From Ylistrum balloti (Eukaryota): 64,000 nucleotides of DNA. The position numbers and the translations under genes are program-made. The notes below the pieces were generated by a model. That model saw nothing but the letters and a program-made list of their open reading frames with translations. It searched no databases and was not told the origin of the DNA. Positions 1 through 12,765 of the stretch are shown piece after piece (within the stretch, counting starts at the first letter, position 1; the number at the start of each line of letters is the position of its first letter). The stretch covers positions 496,001 to 560,000 of the forward strand of contig NW_026782152.1 in NCBI RefSeq assembly GCF_031769215.1, read 5' to 3'.

Positions 1-1999
1 AGGACATTGAGTAATATAATGACAAGTGAGATGATTTTAGATTTTGAGTTTTTAAATAAGTAGTAAATCTGAAGAAAATAATTTATATCATTATTTTATA
101 CACAGTATGATTGACATTAGAGTTGTGAGCATGGTGAACATGGTTGTCATTGATTTTGATAGTATGTAAGGGAGTGTATTTTTATTGATCTATAATACAA
201 TAGATCAGTAAACATTGCAATGAAAGTATTTCTAGATAATTGCTCAATAAAGTATTTCAAATTGTCATCGTTTTATTCAACTCTTTACCTTATACTTGCT
301 ATTGGTAACAGTACAGTACCTTGCATGTATGAATTAAGATCCAATGGTGTCTTTAAAGTGAGAATATAGATCTATAACTAGTAGTGATTTATGACACATC
401 ATTTCATGACAGGACAGTTTTATCAATACAAAAGTAAAAATGTGATTTTACCAAATAGTGCCAATACACTAGAGATAATAAATGTAGGTTGAAAATATCA
501 TATGTAATTTGTTGTAAAAAAAAACACTTCTAGTTGATATGTAATAGAATATTTCAAATTCTATCATAAATATTAACTAAGTATGGTATGAAATCATTCA
601 TGTGTATATCTTGTTAAGGAGAAAACATTATTGGATCAAAATATGGAAATGTAGCTGTCCAAGAATAAAAAGTTGAAAAATAGCAAAAAACTCCAACAAA
701 ATCTTTCCATTTAATTAGATGCCATACACTTGATTAATCACAACTACATATAATTTTTTGGGGGAAAAAAAATTACTAAACCTACTTAGTCTCAAAGAAT
801 GCACATGAACAGAGAGGGGCAATTTCTAGGCAGGATAAAATAATGAAAATCCACGAGCAATAACTCTTCTGAAAAATATGTTATTGATTTTTTTTTTAAA
901 CATGTCAAATCATAATGCTATAGAAGAAAGCACCTCCACTGCTGATATGATTTTTAAAGGCTTTATGAGTGATCTGTCAAAAACAGACTTTCAGACAAGT
1001 TAAAAGTTTTGAAAATAGAGAAGAGCAATAATTCTCCAAAGCATTGATAAATTGAAATGCTATGAAGAGAACTACAACTTCACATCATGTAGTATAAAGA
1101 ATTGATCAAGTTTCAAATAGATTAAAATGTAGTTAAAACTAAGCACTGACAGTTGGAGTGACAAATGAGCAATGCCATACAATAATACTTCCAATTAAAA
1201 AAGTTATTTTGGAGTTAATGGACTTGAAATGTCACTACAGAAAAGAACTGTACTTACACTGTAAGTAAAAGTAATATTGTATTATGCAGTCTCATTAGGT
1301 TTTGCCCAATTATCTTGGACCGATTAAATATCTCAATAACTTTACAATATGAGGACATCATTACACATTTATTAATAAAGTGATTTGATTCAATTCTTAT
1401 ATTCTTGTGGTAAAAATATTTTGTCTATATATTTTCTTGTGATTACAAACAAGTTTTTTAAAGAAATGAAGAATATCCACTTTTACTTCAATAACACATT
1501 GTTAAAAAAGTCTTTAATTCAAGCTGGGAGACTAATGTCCGTCAGTTATTTCTGCTATTTTTAAAGCCAATAAATATACATTTCTGATTCTCTTTTAACA
1601 TCAATGCAGTGAGATAATATACATTCAAATAATAATCCAACACAGAGATGTACAAAATTCGTGGACATGAAACAATGTGCGTTGATTAAATTTGACCCTT
1701 ATCTATTATTTGAACTGTTTTAGAATTATTCTTATTATCATCTAAATCAAATGAACTTACAACCAATATCACAGCTTTAATTGTTAAACTCCAGATCCAT
1801 AAATTGCAACTCGTTTGTGTAACTAGGAAATAATTTAGTGATCGCAGCCACAAACGCGCGTTCATCAATAGTTATCTCCCGTATTCTACATCTTGTATGT
1901 TGAAGGCTCAAAACTTGACATGTGTAGTCGTGATTAAACAAAATCAGAAATAGACTGAAGTAACGTTCTTTATAGCGAACTTGTGAAAACGGTTTAGTT

Positions 2000-4900
2000 A
2001 TGGCGTCATCAGCCGATGTCAATATCCTAATGGAGATGGGGTTTTCAAAAAACAAAGCGTAAGTCAAATGGAAATTATACAAATCGAGCTATGTATCAGT
2101 TGGACATAAATTCAGCGTTGGCGTTGTAACAGCTGAACAGGGCTACTTCGTCTTCATTTCTGTGTGTTTGTGGAAATATGCCGTATTTGACGACGGAATA
2201 AACATTATTTTCACAGTGTCCATATATAACAATAATGTTTTGGTTCTATGTTGATTATCTATCAGCAACTCTTACATATATAACTGATAACGGGTTTTTT
2301 TGGTAAAAATAGACCTAGATCAACTTTCATTAAGGACCGAGTCAGTATCATGACGTAATACTGTTACATCATTGTTAATTATATGTAAGATGTAACAAAA
2401 AATACACAAAAACAAAAATAGAAATGGAGATCAAAAGAGGGAGAACACCCACAGATAAACTATTTACTTTGAATAGCTTCGAGTGAAAAACTTGTCCAGT
2501 TCCCAGTAAATTTAATAATCATTGGCCTTTCATTGGTCAGAAGGGTTCTGACTATCTGCCTATTACCGTGAATACATAAAGATAAAATTATATGAGTAAT
2601 GATTATTTTCAGGGAAAAGGCACTTGCAAAAACTAGATACCAAGGAGTACAACTGGCAATGGACTGGTAAGCATTTCTGATAGGTCATACAGTGTACTTA
2701 CACACTGATTTTTGGGACTCAGATGTTTGAGTCCTGGGCTCATAATATTCCTATAGAACCCTCTAATTTTGAGGACCCACTATATGTAATGAGGCTCATC
2801 ATAATTTTTGGAAATAGTGTTTTGAACTTGCCTGAAAAAAAAATCTACAAAAAAACATTTTTCGTTTAAAACTTTATGAACCTGTTTATTTTTTGTCCAT
2901 GCCTCAATGGCGAATAATTTCTAATAATTGATGCAAGAAAATATAGTGGTGCACAAATAATGCTATTCAGAAAAGTTATTCTTTACCACAATTTGTGACA
3001 AGAATTAGAAGCAAATGTCATTGTGGTATATAAATCCTGATGTAGTGAGTGCAGATACTTGTATATGCACAAGAGGATTTAACGGATGGAGATATTATTT
3101 GATTCAGATGTATTACAGATAATTGTGAAAAAAAAGATGGCAGCAGCTCCTATTACTGTTGTATTCTGATGATATATACAAGTGATGGTCTTTTACAGGT
3201 TGTTTGCTCATGAAGATGATCCCGATATCGATGAACCATTTGAAGCACCACAAGGACATGTACTTGGAGGTAAATTCAAATACATTGATTCTGATAGTTT
3301 GTTTCTCTTCAGGTAAAAAGCCATTTGATGGCAATTGCTATTTAATATGCAACTAGCTTTAGGTTTTAATTTAGATTTTTAGGTCACCTAAGATACAGTC
3401 TCAAGGTTACTTATTGCAATACCCTTTGTCCAGCATCATCCATCTGTAAACTTTTTACATTTTTGACTTCTGCTGGAAACCCCCAGACCCAGAATCGATT
3501 TCTATGAAATTTGGCAGAAACCTTCCATAGATAAAAGGTTAACCAAAATTGTAAATAAAATGATAACCCCTACCATCAGGGGCCTGGAAGGCAGGGATGG
3601 TGAGTGTCAAATTAACTAAAATTTCCTTCTCAATACCAAAACATGGTAGAAACAGATACTTTTCATAGATGAAAGGGCCTTAAGCTGCTTTACTAAAATT
3701 GTAAATTTTATGACCCGAGGGTTGCTTTTCCCTCTGGGGAGGGAATATATTTAACTACAGTTTGAATAGGAAAAAAACACATTTTTTAGCATAATTTGTT
3801 TATTTACAGATATCTCAAAAATCTTCTTATTAATACCCAAATATAGCAGAATCAAGTACTGTACATGGATGGAAGAATTACTAAATTGTAAATTTCACGA
3901 CTCCAAGACTTTCATTTTCCAGTATTCAAAATGAATATAAAGGTTTTATAAGCTGATTTAAATAATGTTTATAATGTTAAACTAAACATAAACAATAAGT
4001 GGTTCCAATACGTTAGTTTTCCATGTCACTCACTTGTCACTTGTCAATCACAATGTATATGTTTTACAAATGAACATCGGCAAGGGATCTTGATTACTAT
4101 GTCCTTGTTTTCTATTAGAAATAGATCAAACTTGGTTAGTATTGTTAGTATAGAATAACAGTTTGATGAGATGCACATATTGTCCCTGGCTGACCCCGAG
4201 GGACTAATTCATGGGCCAAAAGATCAAATTGACAGAAATTTCAAAATCTTCTTATCAATACATAAATATTGTAGAATCAAATACTCTTGATGGTTGGAAG
4301 GGTCTTTTGGTGCTTTACCCTGCTTGTCTCACAGGGGCTGATGGGCAAAAGGAGCAAATTGACAGAAATTTCAAAAACTTTTCTCAATATCCAGTTATGA
4401 TGGAATCAAAACACTCTTCATTGATGGAAGGGTGTCTACTGCACATTCATTTTCATTGTTTCCATTTGTGATTTTTCTCAGATGACTGTTTAGACCTCCT
4501 TGATCTATTCTAATAATTACCAGGTACTAAAATACAAACTGTTACAGAGAGCATCATCATATTAAAGTAAATTGAGCGTAATTTCATTGACTGGATATTG
4601 TTTGGTTAACACTAACTTGTAGATTTGGCTTGATATATTGTACATGTTCAAAACAGTTATTGCAAATGCAATGTATTTTATGTTCTGGACCTGTATTCAT
4701 GAAACCATTGTCATGCTCAGGTATGAATTTTGTGCTCAAGCCTTATGTCTTGTTTGAATTAAGAATTGATAAATAAGGCTGATTTTGCCAAAGATTTAAA
4801 AATAATTTTGAAAGGACTTCAAGTCAAAGCTATATTCAATGTTTTTATATTTGACATTTGTATTATTTTATATGATTTAGGCGAATTATGAAAAAGTTTG

Positions 4901-7900
4901 CTTGAGCACAAAATCTATGCTTGAGAATGAGAATGGTTTCGTGAATAAGGGCTCTGGTGTTTGACATTAATGTTTTTGGTAGAATAAAATTGATGCGTTT
5001 TTTCTCTTTGTTTTTCGGCAAGGAATATTTCCCTTAAATGAAACTTGTAATACCATCTCCACATTTAAGTCATCAAGAACCTAATACTTCTTTTTCAGCT
5101 GCCACAGTTGCCACGGTTGCCACGCCTCAAACAGACGGCAGTGGTGATGTAAACATGGATGGTGTAGGTGAGCCTGAAGTGTCAGGGGAAACAGGAGAGA
5201 CTGTACAGCAGGCAAAATCTGTCAAATGTGATGAGTATGTTATAAATTTTGGAATATCTGTTAATTGTCAAATACCTGATAGCTACTAAAAAAAAAAACA
5301 ACAATACAAACACAATGTTTTTTAATTGGTGCCATATTGTGAAAATCTTCTTATGCATGTTTACTGGCTCTATCTTCCTGAGTCAGGATGAAATTTTATT
5401 TCGTGTTCATTTCATATAGAAATATATACTTACTTAACTACTTGTTTGGTTCAGTTGTGGGAAGTTGCTCAAAGGAGAGATGGATGCCCAAGCACATGCA
5501 GCCAGAACACAACATTCTCAGTTCTCAGAGTCAGTAGAAGAAATCAAACCATTGACGGCTGAAGAAAAGGCAGAGCAATTGCGAAAGTAAGTTTTTCATC
5601 GAATGTTTCTTAGGTATGGTATATTCAAGACTCTTTAATACCTGGGTATGTATGTATATGTAGGACAGGGTTATTCCACCCTAGGATCATAAGAATTGGT
5701 TAAGTCTGAGGTTTTACATACATCTTTTTTTTATTTGTTTTTCTTTTTAAAACTAAATTTTCATTTGTAAATAAAAACATTTTATATGTACTTGAAATCT
5801 TTCTGAGGTGTTTCCTGTAAAAAGTAACCATTGGATATAGTTCTTTTATTATTGTGCATGTGAGACTGTATTCCCACGTCAGATATGTAATACACAGCTT
5901 GTAGACATTGGTGTATTGTCTTTTATAGGCTTATATTACACAGGTGGAAATAAGATGAAATCTTTATTCTGTGTAAACATTTCTAGAAAGACAAGGGGAT
6001 GGAAAAGACTATAAAAATTGTAACTGAACTTTAGTGAAACAGAAGTGATGAAAAATGTGACCACTGAGGTCACAATTCATATGTGTGAAAAGGAGATTTA
6101 GTTGTGATAAGCATTTTGATTAAAGGTTACAGGAGAGAATGAAGAAGAACAGACTTGAAAGAGAAGAGAAAGAAAAACAAGATGCACTGGCAAGGGAAAT
6201 ACAGAGGCGACAGTCTGGTAAAATGATTGTCAACACTAAACAAAAGTAAGTTGTTGTGAGAATATATAACATAAACACACATTAAAATGACAATCATATC
6301 CAGGGCTTTGGAGAGGGGACAGAAATTCCATACCAGTTTTTATTAAGTTAACTTGCTTGATGAGCAACTGAGCTTATGCTGTTGTGTGGTATGAATCAAA
6401 ATATTTTCCTTTGCCTTGAAGAAATGATATTGGACCTGCAGCAAGCTGAAGGGCTACAATGTTGTTCAAATAAATGACATTGACCAACCTTCAAGGTCAC
6501 AATGGCCAAATGTTTTAAAATCTTTAAATGACTTCTTTTCAATAACCAACATGCCAAGGGTCATAATTGGGACAGTAACATGTATGGATGAAGGCAACCA
6601 AATTTCTTTGTTCATAAAATACAAAATGGCTTCCAGACGACCATTTTAGATTTGGCATTGTTTCTTCAAAGGAATGTTAAATTTTTTTATCATTAAGAGC
6701 AAAAACAAAGAAATGAAATGAAGGTTAAGATCCAACTTTCAAAGAGCAAATAAGATCAAACAATAGTAGGCACCAAGATCCCTCTGGGATCTCTTGTTGT
6801 AATTCCCAAAATATTTTGATTGGGAATATATGTACGCAGTGCTGGTCTGTCTCAGTTCTGATAAGGTTAAAGATAAAAATTGTATTGGAAAAAACTTTTA
6901 AGGTCACATTAGATTGAAGGTCAATTTTGTTATCTGGTCCGTGAATTCTGCTACACTGAAAGTTTTTCATCAGAATTTTTTGAAGGATGACTTAGCAGTG
7001 TGAGATGTATCATAAAGAAATTATGTCTGCACTTTCTTATTGCAATGCTTTTCCATGAAGATTATTCAATCAGTTTTAGTAATTTTATCTTCTTTCATCA
7101 TAAAGATAATATATCTGAAGAAATTGGAAAATTGTACTTCATCCTATTCATTTATTTTGCAAAATGGTTTTCTACTGGAAAGTGTTTTCAGAGGTAGAAC
7201 ACTAAATGAAGTAAGTCAATAAATACAGATGTCCAATGTACCTGTGTTTCAAACATTTAGATCCATATTGTAAACTGAGAGTGACGCTGTGATAATGTTG
7301 TTACACACTGTCACTTTGACTGATGATTTCCATCTTATACAGCACAGGTCTACATCTCTACTTAATTTAACATTTTCTTCCAATATAAAATCATAGTTAT
7401 TAATAATAGGATAGAGGAAGCAGAGATGAAAAAGATCGCAGAACAGCGACAACGAGAGAAAAGAGAAGATATGGAAGCAAGGTTGGTACCATACACTCTA
7501 GTTTCGATAAGTTCTTGACTGTTTTTATTCTTAAAATTTAGGAAGGCAAAACGATTATTACTTTTATTATTAAAGTGATCGCCTATTGTCAGACATCTGT
7601 CATGCATTGTAGACAAATTATATTTTCAACATCTTCTCAATAACCAAAAGGCACAGGATGCTTGAATGAAGGCCTATCATGTTTGTGTTTAATGGATGAC
7701 CTTGTCCTTCATTCAAAGTCACAGTTATCGTTTCTATGTAATCAAAAATTAAGTCTTCAATCTTAGAAACAATAAAAACTTTGTAAGTATGGATATATCA
7801 GTTCAGTCGTCTGTGCCAATGCTGGGACTGATGGACAGGTTCTAAAACTGTCCAAAGACCGAAAGACCTCGGGTGACTGTTAAGACCCATGGGCCTGTTG

Positions 7901-10853
7901 TCATAGATTATCTTACATCCTGTTTATATGGATGTCATTTTGAGAACTATTCTTCGTTAATATGATTTATAATTTTGATATTATTTTTTCATTAATATGG
8001 CTTAGGATAATCACATGATTAACTTGTAATAATCAAGATAGAAACATTTTCTGTATTGGTTAACTCATGTGCTATCCACTCTCCAACCATTCATTGGTTC
8101 ATAATGATGATAGACAGACATAACTGCTAGTGCTAGCATCATACTTTGCATGTTACTGAAAGTTTGAAGTTGATATTACTGTAGAGAATAAAATCAGTTT
8201 TATACATAGTTAGAAGCCAAGTGGAAAACTGAATCATGCAACCCATTAAGATGAGGTGAAGAAATTTTGTTATGTTTGATAAGAAATTGTGCACAAGTAT
8301 TATTGTTATTATTTAATATCATACTTATGGAATTTCAGTATATATTGGTTTTATTGAATTTCAGACGGAAAGTGAAGGAAGCCATAGAGCGTGATAAGGC
8401 TGAGAGAGCAGCAAAGGTAACCATCAATATGATTTCTGCCAAAATCTACTGCTTGTACACACTCTTCTTGTGTTATTGAGGGAGAAATAACATTAATTGT
8501 CATAAACATTCCTCAGTCACAACTAACTAACATTTAGTTTTACTGATTCTATAATAAATTCAGCATTCCTGATATTGTTTTACCAGGAAACCTTTTTACA
8601 AGACAATCACCTGATTAGAATTACCAATTATAGTAAAGGTAACTGGTCATTAACTTACTATGTGGTTGGAATAATAGCTCAAAGTCAGAAAAAGTGCCAA
8701 ATAAACTCATCTCCATTGAAGACACAACACAGAAGCTGTAAATGACTATCTCATTGGTTTTAGAAATAATGTTTAATTTCAGAAAGCAGGACTTCTTTTT
8801 CATTTTAAGAAATAACATTTCTTTTTCATAGTTGTATATAGTTATATCAGGATGTGGTTCTCAGAATACTGGTAAGAAATGAACAATTTTCAAGCATTAA
8901 AGTCTGTGAATGAGACACCTGTCTCTACTGATTAACCTTTATTTTATTATTAGAAAAACAAACCAAATGTGTCTCAGACAGCAGCTGCACAACCTACACC
9001 TGCTGCACCTGCGGAGAAAAAAACCTACAATGATTGTCAGCTCCAGGTAAATATACCTGTACTGAATGTCAAATATACAGTGAAAAATTCTCATAATACA
9101 AAACTGCTCCAAGTCAATACATCTGTACTGAAAGCTAAGTAATATTGCAACATTTCTAGGTACTTGTACTGAATGTCAGATAAAAGATTTTTGTAACATC
9201 TACAAAGTGTTTTCCATTTTTGATGTTCAAGTACCTCTTATAATAAAGGATTTTGAGCAGCTGGTCATTGATGTCATTCAAGTACAAGTGCTATTATAAT
9301 CAAACCTGGAATATAGTTATATTGTAGTATGGACATTTAAACTAACCAAATAGATTACACAATTCGTTTTGTGTTTTTTTTTCTTTGGGAGGTGGGGGGA
9401 CATTTAGCTTAAAAATCACCTTACTAAGTGGAACAGGCAGAATACATGAAAATGGGTAACGTTTGTTTACATTTTTTATTTACTATCACAAGGACAGTAG
9501 AGAATTCTATGATTTCTTCTTTCACAGATTCGACTTCCAGGTGGAGACACCATGAACCACACCTTTTCAGCCAAGGAGCCCCTAGCAGCTGTACGCTTAT
9601 ACATCGAAATGAACAAACCAGAATTTGGAGCTTTTAATTTACGCCAAAATTTTCCACCAAAAGTCTATCAAGCAGAAGATTATGAAAAACCATTAGACCA
9701 ATTGGGTAACTAAATGTGATGTTTTAAAACCATTAGACCAATTGGGTAACTAAATGTGATGTTATAAAACCATTAGACCAATTGGGTAACTAAATGTGAT
9801 GTTTTAAAATTTTCTGTTTTCTCTTATTCAACTTCCTTTGTTCAAGTCATCCTTCAACTAGGGTCCTTCATCCATCCATTTGGTTTTAAACAATACCTGT
9901 TGTCATTATTTCTTGAGAAGTACTTGATGGATCATTTTGAATTTTATTTGAAGGTTTCCCTCGGTCCCTAGTTTTGCATCGTCTTGTTATGGGACTGATC
10001 TGAGATGCCAGCCTTGAATTTTGGCAGTAATGGTTTTTAATCATTTTCTTGCATGGATCAATTTCTAACTTCACATGTAGGTTCCCCTTGATTCCTAGTT
10101 GTGCATTATCAGATGGTGGGCTTTTCAAATCATCCTTCATCCATTGTCAATCTTCTGTCCATTTATCTGTCTTTAACTTGTTCTTGTTGTCACTTTTCTT
10201 GAGAAGAACTGGATAGATCATTTTCAAATTCTCTATGTAGATTCACCTTGGTCCCAAGTTGTACATCGTCCCAACTTGGGACAGATCTGAAAAACAAAGT
10301 GGCCAACAGGTTGCCATTTGGATTTTTTTTAGCTTACCTGGTCCAAAACCTTGTTGGGTCTATAGCAGAGGGACATGGCCCAGTAAATGAAATATGGCAA
10401 ATAATTAGAATCCTACTCCTCCTGTAGGAATGATTGAATTTTGCCTTAATTTGGTCTAAAGCATCGTTGGGTGAAGGGGGAAATAATTTTGAATAAACAG
10501 TGAGTCTTGGCCCCTTTGTGGGATAAGACCCAATAGGGGAAAAAACTAATTCATTAAATCCTACCCCTTGTGTAGAGAAAGTGAGATACATCTTCAAACC
10601 AAACTTGACTGAAATCCTTTCATATTTAGGATGAAACCAAAGTAGGAGGGATGGCCACCCCAAATTGATATCCCCCTTATTCTTAGAAAAGCAAGGAGAG
10701 AAAAACTTCTTTGACTTGGTCAGAGCTAATGAAAATCCTCCTGGGATCAGCCATTTTACCTGTAGCTACCCTTTTATTAAGCAAATCAGTTTTGTTTTCT
10801 CTGTTTTTCCAGGACTTGTACCAAGAGCTAATCTACTGGTGGTGAAGAAGTGA
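2000..10853 (+). CDS. UBXN1: UBX domain-containing protein 1 (UBA, C2H2-like finger, coiled coil, UBX); 11 exons, 335 aa
   Basis: Exons 2000-2058, 2613-2666, 3199-3269, 5099-5234, 5455-5586, 6126-6245, 7410-7481, 8365-8416, 8954-9046, 9528-9705, 10813-10853. All introns are GT-AG with matching phases; total 1008 nt. N-terminus [51 protein letters not shown] is UBXN1-type UBA; C-terminus [26 protein letters not shown]...[29 protein letters not shown] is UBX. Confidence 0.95.
3378..3905. mobile_element. Interspersed non-autonomous repeat in UBXN1 intron 3, with a related sub-repeat at about 4150-4500
   Basis: Starts TTTTTAGGTCACCT. Internal motifs recur (AAATTGTAAATTT several times; CAAAATCTTCT..ATGGAAG blocks at about 3820 and 4240-4430). 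No coding potential; boundaries approximate. Confidence 0.5.
4685..4957. mobile_element. MITE of about 270 bp with about 57-bp imperfect terminal inverted repeats
   Basis: Left end CTGGACCTGTATTCATGAAACCATTGTCATGCTCAGGTATGAATTTTGTGCTCAAGC matches the reverse complement of the right end GCTTGAGCACAAAATCTATGCTTGAGAATGAGAATGGTTTCGTGAATAAGGGCTCTGG. No ORF; superfamily not assigned. Confidence 0.75.
9686..9805 (+). repeat. 40-bp tandem triplication containing the UBXN1 exon 10 end and 5' splice site
   Basis: AAAACCATTAGACCAATTGGGTAACTAAATGTGATGTTTT x3 (one T/A difference); donors at 9706, 9746 and 9786. Confidence 0.95.
9800..10350. mobile_element. Copy of a modular interspersed repeat family (related blocks at about 6400-6800, 12740-13560, 13860-14180, 26030-26340, 48230-48300)
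   Basis: Shared sub-units such as TTTCTTGAGAAGTACTTGATGGATC, GCCATCTTGGATTT and GATCCCTCTGGGATCTCTTGTT recur at these positions (the last at about 6777, 13526, 14158, 26307, and reversed at 48262). Boundaries approximate. Confidence 0.6.
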
Positions 10854-11806
10854 AGCTGTGATATATTTTTAGATACCAACATGACCCAGTACATTTCCAA
10901 ACTTACTCTCATGGAAGAAGTGGCAGATATAACGCATCAATTGTGTAAAGGACTCTGACATTTGTTCAATGCTGATAGTACTTTCTGTGAAAGTTGTTTT
11001 TATGTTTATCTAAAAATTTATAAAATCCTTGTTTGTCACAACTGTGTCTGTACTAGCAGTATGATAACTGAACATATGTGTCTAATAGTGTATACATCGA
11101 CACATGTATATCATAAATTATACATTATACATGTGTTTGTTGAACTGAGAGAATCATCCATCATATGTGTCGATGCCCATGCGTATTGCTGTGATTGTGA
11201 ACAAATTATGTATTCAAGAAAATGTGGCTTATTTGGTCATAAATAAAATGCTTCTTCTGTACTGTATGAATTAAGCACTTTTTCTTCACATTTAATAAAA
11301 AAAAATTATGTTGTAGAAATGAAATCCTATTTATCTGTATTTGGAGAAGAGAATTTTTTCACAAATACATGTGTATTGTACTAAAAGAATACTTCAGAAA
11401 TTTGCCTTTGTCTCCAGTAACATTGATTGCCAAAACATAACCAATGATCAGCATAAATTTAAATGCAGAAGTACAGTGATAAATCGATAAATTTTGTGAG
11501 AGATCTCTCACCACTCTTCTGCGCAAGTTTTAAAGAGGAAGGCCATTGCTGCCAACCTCTAGTCATTTAAGGTCTGGCTATAGTCCTTCAAAATCAAGGA
11601 TGATAGAGTGCTTTAAGTAAATAAATAGACCTTAAAGTGTTATAAATTTCTTTATGTACAATGTATGTATTAAGATGAAGTTTAAGATTTATTTTAACTG
11701 TAATAGATTCAAAAATTGATCTTGATTTTCCAGCTCTCCTGACTCAGTATACATGTACCAGTGTCTGGTGTCTGTCTGTCAGCTTCCAATCACTATTAGT
11801 CAGTCC

Positions 11807-11877
11807 CCACAGGTTATCTAACCAGACTCTGAACAACCTTGCTCCAGTTGTTCAAAGGCTGGTTAGATAACCTGTGG
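11807..11877. repeat. 71-bp inverted repeat (31-bp arms, 9-nt spacer)
   Basis: CCACAGGTTATCTAACCAGACTCTGAACAAC-cttgctcca-GTTGTTCAAAGGCTGGTTAGATAACCTGTGG; arms match at 29 of 31 positions. Confidence 0.9.
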
Positions 11878-11939
11878 TTAGTGAAAATTTTCAAATAGGA
11901 ATTAATAGAATTGGGAATATCATTTATCATTTCACAGCA

Positions 11940-12765
11940 TTGTGTATGGATCTGCTAGACCTTCACATCTCAAGTTATTAGACATTGTTCAACACCAAGG
12001 TCTCAGGCTTACTCTCAGAGCTTTTAAGACCACACCTACAGCAAGCCTTTATGTAGAGGCTAACGAACTATCACTATATAGCCGTCAAAATGAATTTGCT
12101 TTGAAACACACCATTCAGCTAAAGTCAAATCCTTCGAATCCTGCTTTTTCACTTGTATTTGATCCAAAATATAAAACCTTGTTTCAAAACAAACCAAAAA
12201 CCATTCCATCTTTCGATATTTGAATTTCTGCTCTTTTACAAAACACAAATATTGATATTGACCATATTCAGTCATTTGGAATGATAGAAATTCCACCCTG
12301 GCTCTTGAATCCACCTGAAGTTGACTTTTCACTTCATGAAATGGTTAAATCAGACACAGACAGTTACAACTTTCGTTCATCCTTCTCGAAATTGCAGTTA
12401 AAATATAAAACATTTCTTCATTTATATACCGATGGTTCAAAAGATAATGATTAGGTTGCCGCAGCCATGGTTACACAAGATGAAACCTATGGATGCCGGC
12501 TACTGTACAATGCCTCAGTATTCTCGACGGAAGCGTGAGCTATCTACCTCGTCCTTGAATATATTCAAAGAAACAAAGTAATGAGAGATGTTATCCATTC
12601 AGACTCTCTTTCTGTTTTACAAAGTCCTAGCAAAAGAAATATCGAAAATATTTTCATTCATAATATATTAATACTATAACATGAACTTGCCTTTAACTTT
12701 CGTATTGCTTTTTGCTAGGTTCCTGGGCACATGGGAATACCAGGCTATGAAAAAGCAGATCATGA
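11940..12765 (+). mobile_element. Decayed non-LTR retrotransposon ORF2 fragment (RT C-terminal region plus RNase H; I-group-like)
   Basis: One frame reads VYGSARPSHLKLLDIVQHQGLRLTLRAFKTTPTASLYVEAN...PPWLLNPP...LYTDGSKD...SVFSTEA*AI...HSDSLSVLQ...C*VPGHMGIPGYEKAD, the RNase H motifs of non-LTR elements, with about five in-frame stops. Confidence 0.9.

Noticed and set aside
1777-2082. 101-aa minus-strand ORF
   Set aside because: Antisense to UBXN1 exon 1 and its promoter, with no recognisable domain.
8104-8159. ATGATGA...CTGA in UBXN1 intron 7 as a C/D snoRNA
   Set aside because: Short spacing, no clear terminal stem, no C'/D' boxes and no recognisable rRNA guide; such motifs arise by chance in AT-rich DNA.
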